Program-made: the position numbers and the translations under genes
The notes under the pieces: model-generated
Told to the model about the DNA's origin: nothing
The model's input: only the letters and a program-made list of their open reading frames with translations
Database searches by the model: none
Shown here: positions 37,585-48,689 of the stretch, piece after piece
Numbering within the stretch: position 1 is the first letter of the stretch
Layout of the letters: every line of letters begins with the position of its first letter
NCBI GenBank assembly: GCA_963816185.1
Contig: CAWFJJ010000024.1
Coordinates: 192,001-256,000 of the forward strand
From: Thermoanaerobaculia bacterium
GTDB lineage: Bacteria > Acidobacteriota > Thermoanaerobaculia > UBA5066
Length of the DNA stretch: 64,000 nt
Reading direction: 5' to 3'

Positions 37585-39669
37585 TCACCGGGCGTGGACC
37601 TTCTCGACGGCCCAGTCCGCTCCCCTCCCATGGCACGTGCCGCAGGCTTCCGTCGGGCCCGAGGAGCCGGGGAAGTTCACCGTGTTCAGGTACGCGTGGG
37701 CTGCCACGTCGCGGCTGTCGTGACAGCCGACGCACGCTGCCGTGCCGGGCCCCTGCGGCGAGAAGAAATCGCGCTGGGTGACGACGGGCACGGCGTCGGA
37801 CGAGACCGGGAGGGTATAGGCCGCGGCGTTCACGTGGCACTTGAGGCAGTCGCGGCGGTCCCCCGGAAACCGGACCCCGTTGAAGTTGGTCGGGCTTCCA
37901 CCCCAGATCGTGTAGTCCTGCGTCAAGTCCACACCCGTGTGAATGCGGTGGATCAGCCGCTTGAAAGCGCCCGACTCCGGCCTGCCGTCGGGATGCCTGT
38001 CCTTGTGGTTCGGGTTGTGGCAGATCACACACAGTTCGATCGCGATGCGCTGACCGCCGTGGGAGAAGAGGGTCGCGAGCCGCTCGTGGCACTTGTTGCA
38101 CTTGTCGAGCGAGACGAGCGTGCGGCGCGGCTTCGCCGTCCCGCCGGTGATCGCGACGTAAATGATCGGATTGAACGCGCCTTCCTGGTATGTCGCCGGG
38201 CCCGCGTGAGGCGCGGGATTCAGCGTCACCGTGCGTCGCACTTCGATGGAGAACGTCCACGTGCCCGAGGCGTCCGCGGGAATCGCGTTCGTGAAGGTGT
38301 ACGTTCCCAGGGTCCCGTCGAAGGTGGCGCCGTCCGCCCTCTCGCGGAAATCGGGGAAGAGGGTGTAGTCGGTCGTGGGCCCACCCAGATCGATGTTCAG
38401 GTTCGAGCCGAACGTCTTCGGGTCGAGGACCGTGCCGTCGCCGTTCGTCAGCTTGAAGGTGACGACGGGCTTCTTGCCCGGAGCGGCCTGGCTGACCGAG
38501 ATGATCTCGGCATTGAGACCCTTGAGCTGCTTCGATTTGTCGGGAACGGTGTGCGCACCTCTGACCGAGGCGTCCCACTCGGCGTCGCCCTGCGGGAGGT
38601 GGCAGGTAGCGCACGTGCCGTCGGCTTGCGGGCCGGCCGGGTGGCCTGCGCCGGTCGTGAAGTTCACGTCGTCATGGCACGAGCCGCACGCCTTCGAGCT
38701 CGGGTAGGTGTACCAGTTCGCGGCCTGCGCTGGCTTATTCGCCGGGTCCGTTCCCTCGTGGCAGTAGTAGCAATTGCGGATGTCCTGCGGAAACGCGACG
38801 GTGGAGTAGTCGTTCGTGCCGGTCAGGATGAACGGCTTGCCCGCCTTCACGCTGGGCAGGTTCTCCCCCCTGTGGATCCGGTGGATCATGACTTTCAGGT
38901 CGAACGACTCACCCGTCTCGCTGAGCGTGTGCTGTGGCTGGTGGCAAAGGACGCAGAGCCTCACGCTGCGCCGCGCGCCTCCGTGCATGGCCAGCGGGTC
39001 GTGGCAGTTGTTGCAGGCCGTGTCGGTGTTGATCGCGTTCCAGACGGGCGTTGCGGGCCCTCCGTCCGCCCTGAAGTCCTTGAACACGTTGTCCGCGTAG
39101 TACGTCTTGCCGTCGAGCACTTCGGCCGGCATCACTCTGCTTGCTTGAACGCCGAGCGTCAGCATCTTCGTGACGTCGAAGTCGGCCGGCAGAGTGGTCC
39201 CGAAGGTGTACTTGGAGTGCCCGAGGTCGAGATCCATCCACGTGCCGCTCTGGTCGGTCGAGGGATTCGTGGCGCCGCTACGGACCCGCGTGGTGTACGC
39301 GAAGTACTGGCGCTTGTCGGCGTCCCAGCTCGCGAGGACGAAGCCGGGTGTGACGGGTCCAGGCGTCAGCGCACCCAGCCGGTCGAGCGGCTGATTGAGA
39401 CTGTCGCTGATCGAAATTTCGACGACCGGTTTCTTGCCGGGCGCCACGTTTGTGACACCCAGAATGGTGACTTTCAATCCGGGCCGAGCGTAGTCGAGCT
39501 GGTCGGCCGCCAGATAGAACTCCCTTTCGAGAGGCGTGTATTTCACATGGCGCGCTACCGGCGGTCCGCCAGCGACGGGTGTCGAGACGGGAATCGGGCG
39601 GGACGAGGGAACGGAGAGCGCCCCGACCCAGAAGACCACCAGCGCGAAACCGCGAGAGAGAAGGCTCAT
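37585..39669 (-). CDS. OmcA/MtrC-family decaheme cytochrome c
   Basis: Two pentaheme blocks (CNNCH, CVLCH, CYYCH, CGSCH, CATCH / CNKCH, CVICH, CLKCH, CVGCH, CGTCH) alternating with beta-rich domains; HGG and IHRIH motifs; ATG 39669 after GGAGGA. Confidence 0.88.
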   Translation of the reverse strand: MSLLSRGFALVVFWVGALSVPSSRPIPVSTPVAGGPPVARHVKYTPLEREFYLAADQLDYARPGLKVTILGVTNVAPGKKPVVEISISDSLNQPLDRLGALTPGPVTPGFVLASWDADKRQYFAYTTRVRSGATNPSTDQSGTWMDLDLGHSKYTFGTTLPADFDVTKMLTLGVQASRVMPAEVLDGKTYYADNVFKDFRADGGPATPVWNAINTDTACNNCHDPLAMHGGARRSVRLCVLCHQPQHTLSETGESFDLKVMIHRIHRGENLPSVKAGKPFILTGTNDYSTVAFPQDIRNCYYCHEGTDPANKPAQAANWYTYPSSKACGSCHDDVNFTTGAGHPAGPQADGTCATCHLPQGDAEWDASVRGAHTVPDKSKQLKGLNAEIISVSQAAPGKKPVVTFKLTNGDGTVLDPKTFGSNLNIDLGGPTTDYTLFPDFRERADGATFDGTLGTYTFTNAIPADASGTWTFSIEVRRTVTLNPAPHAGPATYQEGAFNPIIYVAITGGTAKPRRTLVSLDKCNKCHERLATLFSHGGQRIAIELCVICHNPNHKDRHPDGRPESGAFKRLIHRIHTGVDLTQDYTIWGGSPTNFNGVRFPGDRRDCLKCHVNAAAYTLPVSSDAVPVVTQRDFFSPQGPGTAACVGCHDSRDVAAHAYLNTVNFPGSSGPTEACGTCHGRGADWAVEKVHAR

Positions 39670-39698
39670 GAAATCCTCCGGCTTGTTCGTCTGGACCT

Positions 39699-39714
39699 TG
39701 CAGTCGGGCTGCCA
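39699..39714 (-). promoter_or_regulatory. Sigma54 promoter of the decaheme cytochrome gene
   Basis: Minus strand TGGCAGCCCGACTGCA, GG-N10-GC spacing. Confidence 0.75.
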
Positions 39715-39821
39715 GGGGGCGGCGGGCGGCGGCACGCCGTCGAAGAGCCCCCACGAAAAGACAGGTCAATCAGATCCGAGTCGTTCCGCGAGGCCGGGTC
39801 CACCTGGCGCAAGGGGCGCAG

Positions 39822-39857
39822 GTGTCAGAAAATAAGTCAGCGTCAGAAAACCTTACG
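39822..39857 (-). promoter_or_regulatory. Candidate upstream activating sequence (second copy)
   Basis: Minus strand CGTAAGGTTTTCTGACGCTGACTTATTTTCTGACAC, 107 nt upstream of the sigma54 motif. Confidence 0.75.
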
Positions 39858-39917
39858 CCGCAGAGCCAGGAGACCACCACGACAAAGGAGCCGGTCTGAT
39901 CCGCTGCTCGGTGACTC

Positions 39918-40346
39918 TTAGTTCTTCTCGACCCGGAAGGTGAGCGTCTTCTTGAGCACTCCGTCCATGTACAGGCTGACGGAGTAGCTGCCGACCGGCC
40001 AGCCCTGCGGCGGTTTCGAGCAGTTGAAGGAGCCGATGAACTCGCCTTTCGACGAGAATGTCGTTTCGTTCTCCGCTAATTTGGTCTTCGCTTCGAGCCC
40101 CGCCACCTTCTCGGCGAACCACGAGGCTTTAACTTTCGTCCCCTGCCCGGCGACGACCCGGTACACGGCGAAGACCTTCGGGGTATCCGGGGCGAAAACG
40201 TCCCTCTCGTCCTGCGAGTACTTGTCGCTGGTGGTGATGGCGAGCTTGAAATGCGGCCCGGCCGATTGCGGTTTCGTTTGCTCGGCTGCGAAAACTCCGG
40301 AGCCCAGAAGCGTCGCCGCCAGCGCGACGAGAGCGATTCTTCTCAT
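39918..40346 (-). CDS. Secreted hypothetical protein (predicted beta-rich)
   Basis: AGGAGG RBS; signal peptide MRRIALVALAATLLGSGVFA; C-terminal GWPVGSYSVSLYMDG..KTLTFRV. Confidence 0.75.
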   Translation of the reverse strand: MRRIALVALAATLLGSGVFAAEQTKPQSAGPHFKLAITTSDKYSQDERDVFAPDTPKVFAVYRVVAGQGTKVKASWFAEKVAGLEAKTKLAENETTFSSKGEFIGSFNCSKPPQGWPVGSYSVSLYMDGVLKKTLTFRVEKN

Positions 40347-40574
40347 AGTTCCTCCTTCCCGCTCAGGGAAGTCCTTCCGAGGCTCTCCGGGGACAGAGCG
40401 GTGCGTCCGGGGCAGCCCTACCTAATCGTGGTCTCCTCGAAAGCAGGCGTCTCTGATGAACCTGCATGAGGAGGACACGCAGGAGGAACCGGACCTTGCG
40501 ATAGAGTTTAAACGGCGCCGAGCAGGATTGTAACTACGAGTAACCCCAGCTCTTTAGGTAGGCGCGGGCTCTGC

Positions 40575-40814
40575 TCAGATCACGTCCGGGTCCTGGACGT
40601 CGAAGGGAAGAGGGCCGAGCGGGCAGGACTCGACGGGCATGGTGAGCAGGCCGTCGGCGAGTAGCTCCGAGGTTTCGGAATGCACACAGATGCGGCCCTC
40701 GGCGGTGCGGCGCTCGACACCCGGCCGTCCGCACCGGGGGCAGAGCTCGACCACGGCCTCCAGACCGGGGAAGGAGCCGGGCGCCTGATCCGTGTAGGTC
40801 TCGAGAAGGATCAT
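40575..40814 (-). CDS. Small hypothetical Cys/His protein (79 aa), possible metal-binding
   Basis: GGAGGGAG RBS before ATG 40814; CPRCG, CVH and a late Cys. Confidence 0.6.
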   Translation of the reverse strand: MILLETYTDQAPGSFPGLEAVVELCPRCGRPGVERRTAEGRICVHSETSELLADGLLTMPVESCPLGPLPFDVQDPDVI

Positions 40815-40991
40815 GTCTCCCTCCTGGCGTGGCTTCGATACGGCCACATGCATACGTGTTTCACGTTGCGTGCCGGAAATTTCTTCAGGGCCTTCTTCCG
40901 CGTTCCACCGGGAAATGCGCATCTCGTAACATGCAGAAATGGACGATCTTCCGCGACCTTCGGCACATGCGTGCGGAGCGTGGATACTCGT

Positions 40992-41939
40992 ATGGGTCCG
41001 GGGGGGGCCTTGAGCGTGGCCCACCTTCTAGATCTTCTCGAAAAGACGAGTCGCACGTTCGCGCTCTCGATTCCGCCCCTGCCCGAGCCGACGCGCCGGG
41101 AAGTCACGGTGGCGTATCTCCTGTTCCGGATCGCGGATACGTTCGAGGACGCGGTACACATACGACCCGAGATTCGGATCCGGGCCTTGCACGACCTTAA
41201 CGTTCTCGTCGCTTCCCCTCGGAAGGACGAAGCAGTCCGGCTCTCGCGCGAGTGGACTTCGGCCGGCATCGCGACGCTTGCGGGATACCAAGAGCTTCTC
41301 GTGGAGATCCCGTTCGTCCTGGACGCGTTTTTCGCTCTCTCGCCTCATGCCGCCGATGCGATCCGGCGGCACGTGATCCGTTCGGCGGCGGGTATGGCGG
41401 ACTTCGTGGCGCGTACGCGCAACGGGCTTTTGGAGCTCGAGGACCTCGACGATCTCAAGGCCTATTGCCACGTGGTCGCCGGCCTCGTCGGGGAGATGCT
41501 GACGGAGCTTTTCCTCCTGGATCGGCCGGATCTCGCGGCAGAGGCGGGAGCGCTCATGTCACGGGCCGGCGCATTCGGGGAAGCGCTGCAACTCGTGAAT
41601 ATTCTGAAGGATGCCTCCAGCGACGCGGCTGAAGGGCGAAGCTATATGCCCGCTGCCGTGCCCCGGCACGAGGTGTTCGCCCTTGCGAGGCGGGATCTCG
41701 TGGCCGCCGGGGAGTACATCGGCGCGCTCGAACGCGCCCACGCCCCGCGCGGAATTCTGGAGTTCACGGCGTTGCCTGTCGAGCTTGCCTGGGCTTCGCT
41801 CGAGGCGATCGAGAAAGGCGGCTCGGGATCGAAAGTGACGAGACCCGAAGTCTATCTGCTGGTCCGGCGAGTCCGGCGCGCCCTGGACACGGGCGAAAGC
41901 CTTGCGCAACGTCTGTCAAACACAAGGGATCGCGCTTGA
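40992..41939 (+). CDS. Squalene/phytoene synthase family protein
   Basis: TSRTFALSI, YLLFRIADTFED, YCHVVAGLVG, LQLVNILKD..D..EGRSYMP; start uncertain (40992, 41010 or 41016). Confidence 0.88.
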   Translation: MGPGGALSVAHLLDLLEKTSRTFALSIPPLPEPTRREVTVAYLLFRIADTFEDAVHIRPEIRIRALHDLNVLVASPRKDEAVRLSREWTSAGIATLAGYQELLVEIPFVLDAFFALSPHAADAIRRHVIRSAAGMADFVARTRNGLLELEDLDDLKAYCHVVAGLVGEMLTELFLLDRPDLAAEAGALMSRAGAFGEALQLVNILKDASSDAAEGRSYMPAAVPRHEVFALARRDLVAAGEYIGALERAHAPRGILEFTALPVELAWASLEAIEKGGSGSKVTRPEVYLLVRRVRRALDTGESLAQRLSNTRDRA

Positions 41940-41964
41940 CAGCCCCCCACGGGGTCTATATTCT
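41936..41964 (+). promoter_or_regulatory. Sigma70 promoter of the str operon
   Basis: TTGACA (41936-41941), 17-nt spacer, TATTCT (41959-41964). Confidence 0.75.
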
Positions 41965-42109
41965 TCACCGGTTTCCCCGGGGACCGGCTCGGCGCCAACG
42001 TCGTGTCGCGCCCGGGGAACAGCCGTCCAACGGCTGATCTCGCCCCGTACGCTCGGTTCAACAAGTCGTCCCATCGTCTTTTCACGTCCGAAGGAGTCTC
42101 GAAACTTTC

Positions 42110-42964
<855 letters not shown>

Positions 42965-43186
42965 GACTGCACACTTCTCCGGGCGAGCGGAAACCGGTCG
43001 GGCGGCGCGGAAACGCGCGAAACCGGACAGGTCCTCTCGAAGAGCCCGGACACGCCTCACAGCGTGCGGAATCCTCGGGTATAGAGCCGGAGCCAACGCT
43101 ACGGCCCGTTTCGCGAGCGACAGCGAGCGAAATGCAGAAACCCTGGATTCGACGGCGCAGACACCCCGGGACGGGACACACTCGTT

Positions 43187-45262
43187 ATGCCGAGAACTCA
43201 TCCTCTCGATAAGTGCCGAAACATCGGCATCATGGCTCACATCGACGCGGGTAAGACCACGACGACGGAGCGTGTGCTTTATTACACCGGCGTCAGCTAC
43301 AAGCTCGGCGAGGTCCACGAAGGCACCGCGGTGATGGACTGGATGGTTCAGGAGCAGGAGCGCGGGATCACGATCACGTCGGCCGCCACCACGTGCTTCT
43401 GGAAGGACACGCGGATCAACATCATCGACACGCCCGGGCACGTGGACTTCACGGCAGAGGTCGAGCGCTCGCTGCGCGTCCTCGACGGCGCGGTGGCCGT
43501 GTTCGACGCCGTCTCCGGAGTCGAGCCCCAGTCCGAGACGGTGTGGCGCCAGGCGGACCGCTACGGCGTACCGCGCATCGCGTTCATCAACAAGATGGAC
43601 CGGGTCGGCGCGGATTTCGACCGCTGCATCGAGATGATGATCACGAAGCTCGGGGCGAAGCCCACGGCGGTCCAGATTCCGTTTGGCTCGGCCGAGACGT
43701 TCGAGGGCGTCATCGATCTCATCGAGGGCAAGGCCTACGACTTCAAGGACGACGCGCTCGGCGCGGAATTCGAGACGATCGACGTCCCGGCCGACCACAA
43801 GGCCATGTACGACAAGTACCGCGAGCGGCTCATCGAGCTTCTCGCGGAGACCGACGACGCGCTCATGCAGAAGTTCATGGACGGCCACGCGCCGACGCCG
43901 GACGAGATGCGCGCCGCCCTTCGCAAGGCGACGATCTCGGGCAAGCTCCATCCGGTCGTGTGCGGCTCGGCGTTCAAGAACAAGGGTGTCCAGCAGCTTC
44001 TCGACGCCGTCGTCGAGTACCTCCCGTCGCCGCTCGACATCCCCGCCATCACGGGCGTGGACGAGGACGGGAAGGAGGTCGCGCTCGACACGGACGACGA
44101 GGCGCCGTTCGCGGGTCTCGTCTTCAAGATCATGACCGACCCGTTCGTCGGCCAGCTCGCGTTCTTCCGCGTCTACGCGGGCCACCTCGACGCAGGCTCG
44201 GGCGTCTACAACTCGACGAAGCAGACGAACGAGCGCATCGGCCGGCTCCTGAAGATGCACGCGAACAAGCGCGAGGAGATCAAGGAAGTCTGGGCGGGCG
44301 ACATCGCCGCCGCGGTGGGCCTGAAGAACGTCACGACGGGGGACACGATCTGCGAGCGCGACCACATCGTCGTCCTCGAATCCATGAAGTTCCCCGAGCC
44401 CGTCATCACACTCTCCATCGAGCCGAAGACGAAAGTCGACCAGGAAAAGATGGGACTCGCGCTCGCGAAGCTCATGCAGGAAGACCCGACGTTTCGCGTC
44501 CACACGGACAAAGAGACGAACCAGACGATCATCGCCGGGATGGGCGAGCTCCATCTCGAGATCATCGTCGACCGCATGGTGCGCGAGTTCAACGTCAGCG
44601 CGAACGTGGGCAAGCCGCAGGTCGCGTACCGCGAGACGATCCGCAAGGACGTCGCGGGCGAGGGCAAGTTCATCCGACAGTCGGGCGGCAAGGGCCAGTA
44701 CGGGCACGCCAAGATCCGCCTGCGCCCGCACCCGGAGGGCAAGGACTACGAGTTCGTCAACGCCATCACCGGCGGCACGATTCCCAAGGAGTTCATCAAG
44801 CCGATCGATCAGGGGATTCGCGAGGCGACCCTCACTGGCGTTCTCGCCGGATATCCGACCGTCAACATCCAGGTCGAGCTCTACGACGGCTCGTATCACG
44901 ACGTCGACTCCTCGGAGATGGCCTTCAAGATCGCGGGCTCGATGGCGTTCCAGGACGCCGCGAGAAAAGCGCATCCCGTCATCCTCGAGCCCATGATGGC
45001 CGTCGAGGTCGTCACGCCCGACGAGTTCCTCGGGCCCGTGAACGGGGACTTGAACTCCCGGCGGGGCCGGATCAACCACATGGAGCCCCGCGTGAACTTC
45101 CAGGTCATCACCGCGAGCGTCCCGCTTGCGGAGATGTTCGGCTACGCCACGACGCTGCGGTCCCTCACGCAGGGCCGGGCCAACTACACGATGCAGTTCG
45201 AACGTTACGACGAGGTCCCGAAGGCGATCGCCGAAGGAATTATCGCGAAGGTTTCGGTCTAG
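43187..45262 (+). CDS. fusA: Elongation factor G
   Basis: [45 protein letters not shown]. Confidence 0.99.
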   Translation: MPRTHPLDKCRNIGIMAHIDAGKTTTTERVLYYTGVSYKLGEVHEGTAVMDWMVQEQERGITITSAATTCFWKDTRINIIDTPGHVDFTAEVERSLRVLDGAVAVFDAVSGVEPQSETVWRQADRYGVPRIAFINKMDRVGADFDRCIEMMITKLGAKPTAVQIPFGSAETFEGVIDLIEGKAYDFKDDALGAEFETIDVPADHKAMYDKYRERLIELLAETDDALMQKFMDGHAPTPDEMRAALRKATISGKLHPVVCGSAFKNKGVQQLLDAVVEYLPSPLDIPAITGVDEDGKEVALDTDDEAPFAGLVFKIMTDPFVGQLAFFRVYAGHLDAGSGVYNSTKQTNERIGRLLKMHANKREEIKEVWAGDIAAAVGLKNVTTGDTICERDHIVVLESMKFPEPVITLSIEPKTKVDQEKMGLALAKLMQEDPTFRVHTDKETNQTIIAGMGELHLEIIVDRMVREFNVSANVGKPQVAYRETIRKDVAGEGKFIRQSGGKGQYGHAKIRLRPHPEGKDYEFVNAITGGTIPKEFIKPIDQGIREATLTGVLAGYPTVNIQVELYDGSYHDVDSSEMAFKIAGSMAFQDAARKAHPVILEPMMAVEVVTPDEFLGPVNGDLNSRRGRINHMEPRVNFQVITASVPLAEMFGYATTLRSLTQGRANYTMQFERYDEVPKAIAEGIIAKVSV

Positions 45263-45287
45263 AGAATCCCGAGCAACGGAGGAATCG

Positions 45288-46490
<1,203 letters not shown>

Positions 46491-46500
46491 GAAGTATTTC

Positions 46501-46588
46501 GGATTTTCTTTGGAGATTGAAAGAGAGAACGCGCTGACTTGAAACGCACCGCCCGGGCCGCCGCCCTCTTCACCTTCTAAGAGAAAGC
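46501..46588 (+). repeat. AT-rich miniature inverted-repeat element, copy E (tuf-rpsJ spacer)
   Basis: Left GGATTTTCTTTGGAGATTGAAAGAG, right GCCCTCTTCACCTTCTAAGAGAAAGC. Confidence 0.65.
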
Positions 46589-46636
46589 GGCATTGCCCGG
46601 ACCGAGGCGCGACAGGCAACGCGAGGGAAGCAGAGA

Positions 46637-46954
46637 ATGGCTAACGACAGAATCCGCATCCGACTCAAGGGATACGACTACCGCATCCTCGACCAGTCGA
46701 CGACCGAGATCGTCGACACGGCGCGGCGCTCGGGCGCGAAGGTCGCGGGACCGATCCCGCTGCCGACGGCCATCGCGCGCTGGACGGTGAACCGCTCGCC
46801 GCACGTCGACAAGAAGTCGCGGGAGCAGTTCGAGATGCGGACGCACAAGCGCCTCCTCGACATCTTCGAGTGGACGCCGCAGACGGTCGACGCCCTCACG
46901 AAGCTCGAGCTTCCCGCGGGTGTCGAAGTCGAAATCCGGACGATGGGCAAGTAG
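46637..46954 (+). CDS. rpsJ: 30S ribosomal protein S10
   Basis: [28 protein letters not shown]. Confidence 0.98.
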   Translation: MANDRIRIRLKGYDYRILDQSTTEIVDTARRSGAKVAGPIPLPTAIARWTVNRSPHVDKKSREQFEMRTHKRLLDIFEWTPQTVDALTKLELPAGVEVEIRTMGK

Positions 46955-46993
46955 ACCGTCCCGTCACACGAAGGCGGGACGAGGAAGCACACG

Positions 46994-47650
46994 ATGATCA
47001 ACGGAATTCTGGGACGCAAGATCGGGATGACCCAGGTCTTCGAGGCGGACGGCACGGTCGTGCCCGTCACCGTCGTCGAGGCGGGGCCCTGCCTGGTCGT
47101 CCAGCGCAAGACGAAGGACAACGATGGGTACGACGCGCTTCAGCTCGGCCTGGTCGGGCGCGTCTCGCCGCGGCGGCTCACGGCCCCCGCCAAGGGCCAC
47201 TTCGAGAAGGCGGGCGTGCCGCCGACGAAGACCCTCGGCGAGGTGCGTTGCGACGCGGACGAGAAGGCGGCGCCGGGCGACAAAGTGCTCTGCGACATCT
47301 TCGCCGAGAAAGAGCACGTCGACGTGGTCGGCGTCTCGAAAGGGAAGGGGTTCCAGGGCGTCATGAAGCGTCACGGCTTCGCCGGTGGCGCCGCCACGCA
47401 CGGCTCGATGTTCCACCGGGCCCCTGGCTCGATCGGACCCTCGGCCTTTCCGTCGCGGGTGTATGCCGGCACGCGGTCATCGGGTCGCATGGGCGGCAAG
47501 CAAACGACGATGAAGAACCTGGTCGTCGTGCGCGTCGACGCGGAGAACCACCTGCTCTACCTCCGGGGCGCGGTTCCGGGAGCGCGAAACACGGTCGTCA
47601 AGATCGTGAAGAAGCTCTCCGGGAGAAACGGCCGCGGGGCGGCTGCGTGA
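46994..47650 (+). CDS. rplC: 50S ribosomal protein L3
   Basis: [31 protein letters not shown]. Confidence 0.98.
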   Translation: MINGILGRKIGMTQVFEADGTVVPVTVVEAGPCLVVQRKTKDNDGYDALQLGLVGRVSPRRLTAPAKGHFEKAGVPPTKTLGEVRCDADEKAAPGDKVLCDIFAEKEHVDVVGVSKGKGFQGVMKRHGFAGGAATHGSMFHRAPGSIGPSAFPSRVYAGTRSSGRMGGKQTTMKNLVVVRVDAENHLLYLRGAVPGARNTVVKIVKKLSGRNGRGAAA

Positions 47651-47661
47651 AGGGGACGACG

Positions 47662-48387
47662 ATGGCGACGACAAGAAAGACCCCTGCGGCGAAGGCCTCG
47701 GCGAAGAAGGCCGCGAAGAGTCCTGACGCGCCGTCGAGAGCGGTGAAGGCGGGCGAGGCCGCGTCTCTCACGCTCCCGATTCGGAACCTCGCGGCCGAGA
47801 GGGTGGGAGAGCTCACGCTCCCGGAGGAGATCTTCGGCGTTCCGTTCCGCCGCCACCTCGTCTGGGAGGTCGTGAAGCAGATCCGCGCGCGCGAGCACCG
47901 AGGCACGCACAAGACGAAGGTCCGTTCCGAAGTCTCCGGCAGCGGGAAGAAGCCGTTCAAGCAGAAGCACACGGGCCGCGCGCGGCAGGGCGGCGGGCGC
48001 CCGCCGATCCACCGGCACGGCGGCACGGCCTTCGGCCCGGTTCCGCACTCCTACGACCTGAAAGTCAATGCGAAGGCGAAGAAGGCGGCCCTGCGCTGCG
48101 TCCTCTCCGAGAAGGCGCGCGGCAACCAGGTGATCCTGCTCGACACCCTCGAGCTCGGCAGCCACAAGACGAAGGATTTCGCGGGCGTCCTCGCGAAGCT
48201 CGGCGTCGAAGGCAAGGCGCTCGTCCTCGACCGGAAGCAGAACGTCAACCTCTCGCGCGCGACCGCCAACAACCCGAAGGTTCAAGCGATGGACGTCCTC
48301 GGCATCAACGTCTACGACGCGCTGAACGCGGGCACGCTCGTCTTCTCCGAGGACGCGCTCCGCACGGCCATCGAGGTGCTGGCGTGA
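47662..48387 (+). CDS. rplD: 50S ribosomal protein L4 with Lys/Ala-rich N-terminal extension
   Basis: GTHKTKVRSEVSGSGKKPFKQKHTGRARQG. Confidence 0.96.
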   Translation: MATTRKTPAAKASAKKAAKSPDAPSRAVKAGEAASLTLPIRNLAAERVGELTLPEEIFGVPFRRHLVWEVVKQIRAREHRGTHKTKVRSEVSGSGKKPFKQKHTGRARQGGGRPPIHRHGGTAFGPVPHSYDLKVNAKAKKAALRCVLSEKARGNQVILLDTLELGSHKTKDFAGVLAKLGVEGKALVLDRKQNVNLSRATANNPKVQAMDVLGINVYDALNAGTLVFSEDALRTAIEVLA

Positions 48388-48683
48388 GCGAAAGAACCAT
48401 GCAATCCGTGCTCGTGCGCCCCGTCCTCACCGAGCGCTCCACGGCCATGAGCCAGGCGCAGAACGTCCTCACGTTCGACGTCGCGCGCGACGCGAACAAG
48501 ATCCAGATCCGCAAAGCTGTCGAGGCCCTCTTCCAGGTCAAGGTGGACGCCGTCCGCGTCGTCGCCGTGTCCGGGAAGATCAAGAAGGTCGGCAAGTCGA
48601 TCGGCCGGGGCCAGGATCGCAAGAAGGCCTACGTGAAGCTGGCGAAGGGCCAGAAGCTTCCGGCCCTCTTCGAAGGGGTGTAA
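48384..48683 (+). CDS. rplW: 50S ribosomal protein L23
   Basis: RPVLTERS, ANKIQIRKAVE, KKAYVKL. Confidence 0.96.
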   Translation: MSERTMQSVLVRPVLTERSTAMSQAQNVLTFDVARDANKIQIRKAVEALFQVKVDAVRVVAVSGKIKKVGKSIGRGQDRKKAYVKLAKGQKLPALFEGV

Positions 48684-48689
48684 CGCGCC

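Noticed and set aside
41022-41036. CACCTTCTAGATCTT resembling the right arm of the inverted-repeat element
   Set aside because: Gapped match only, no convincing left arm, and it encodes the synthase N-terminal helix
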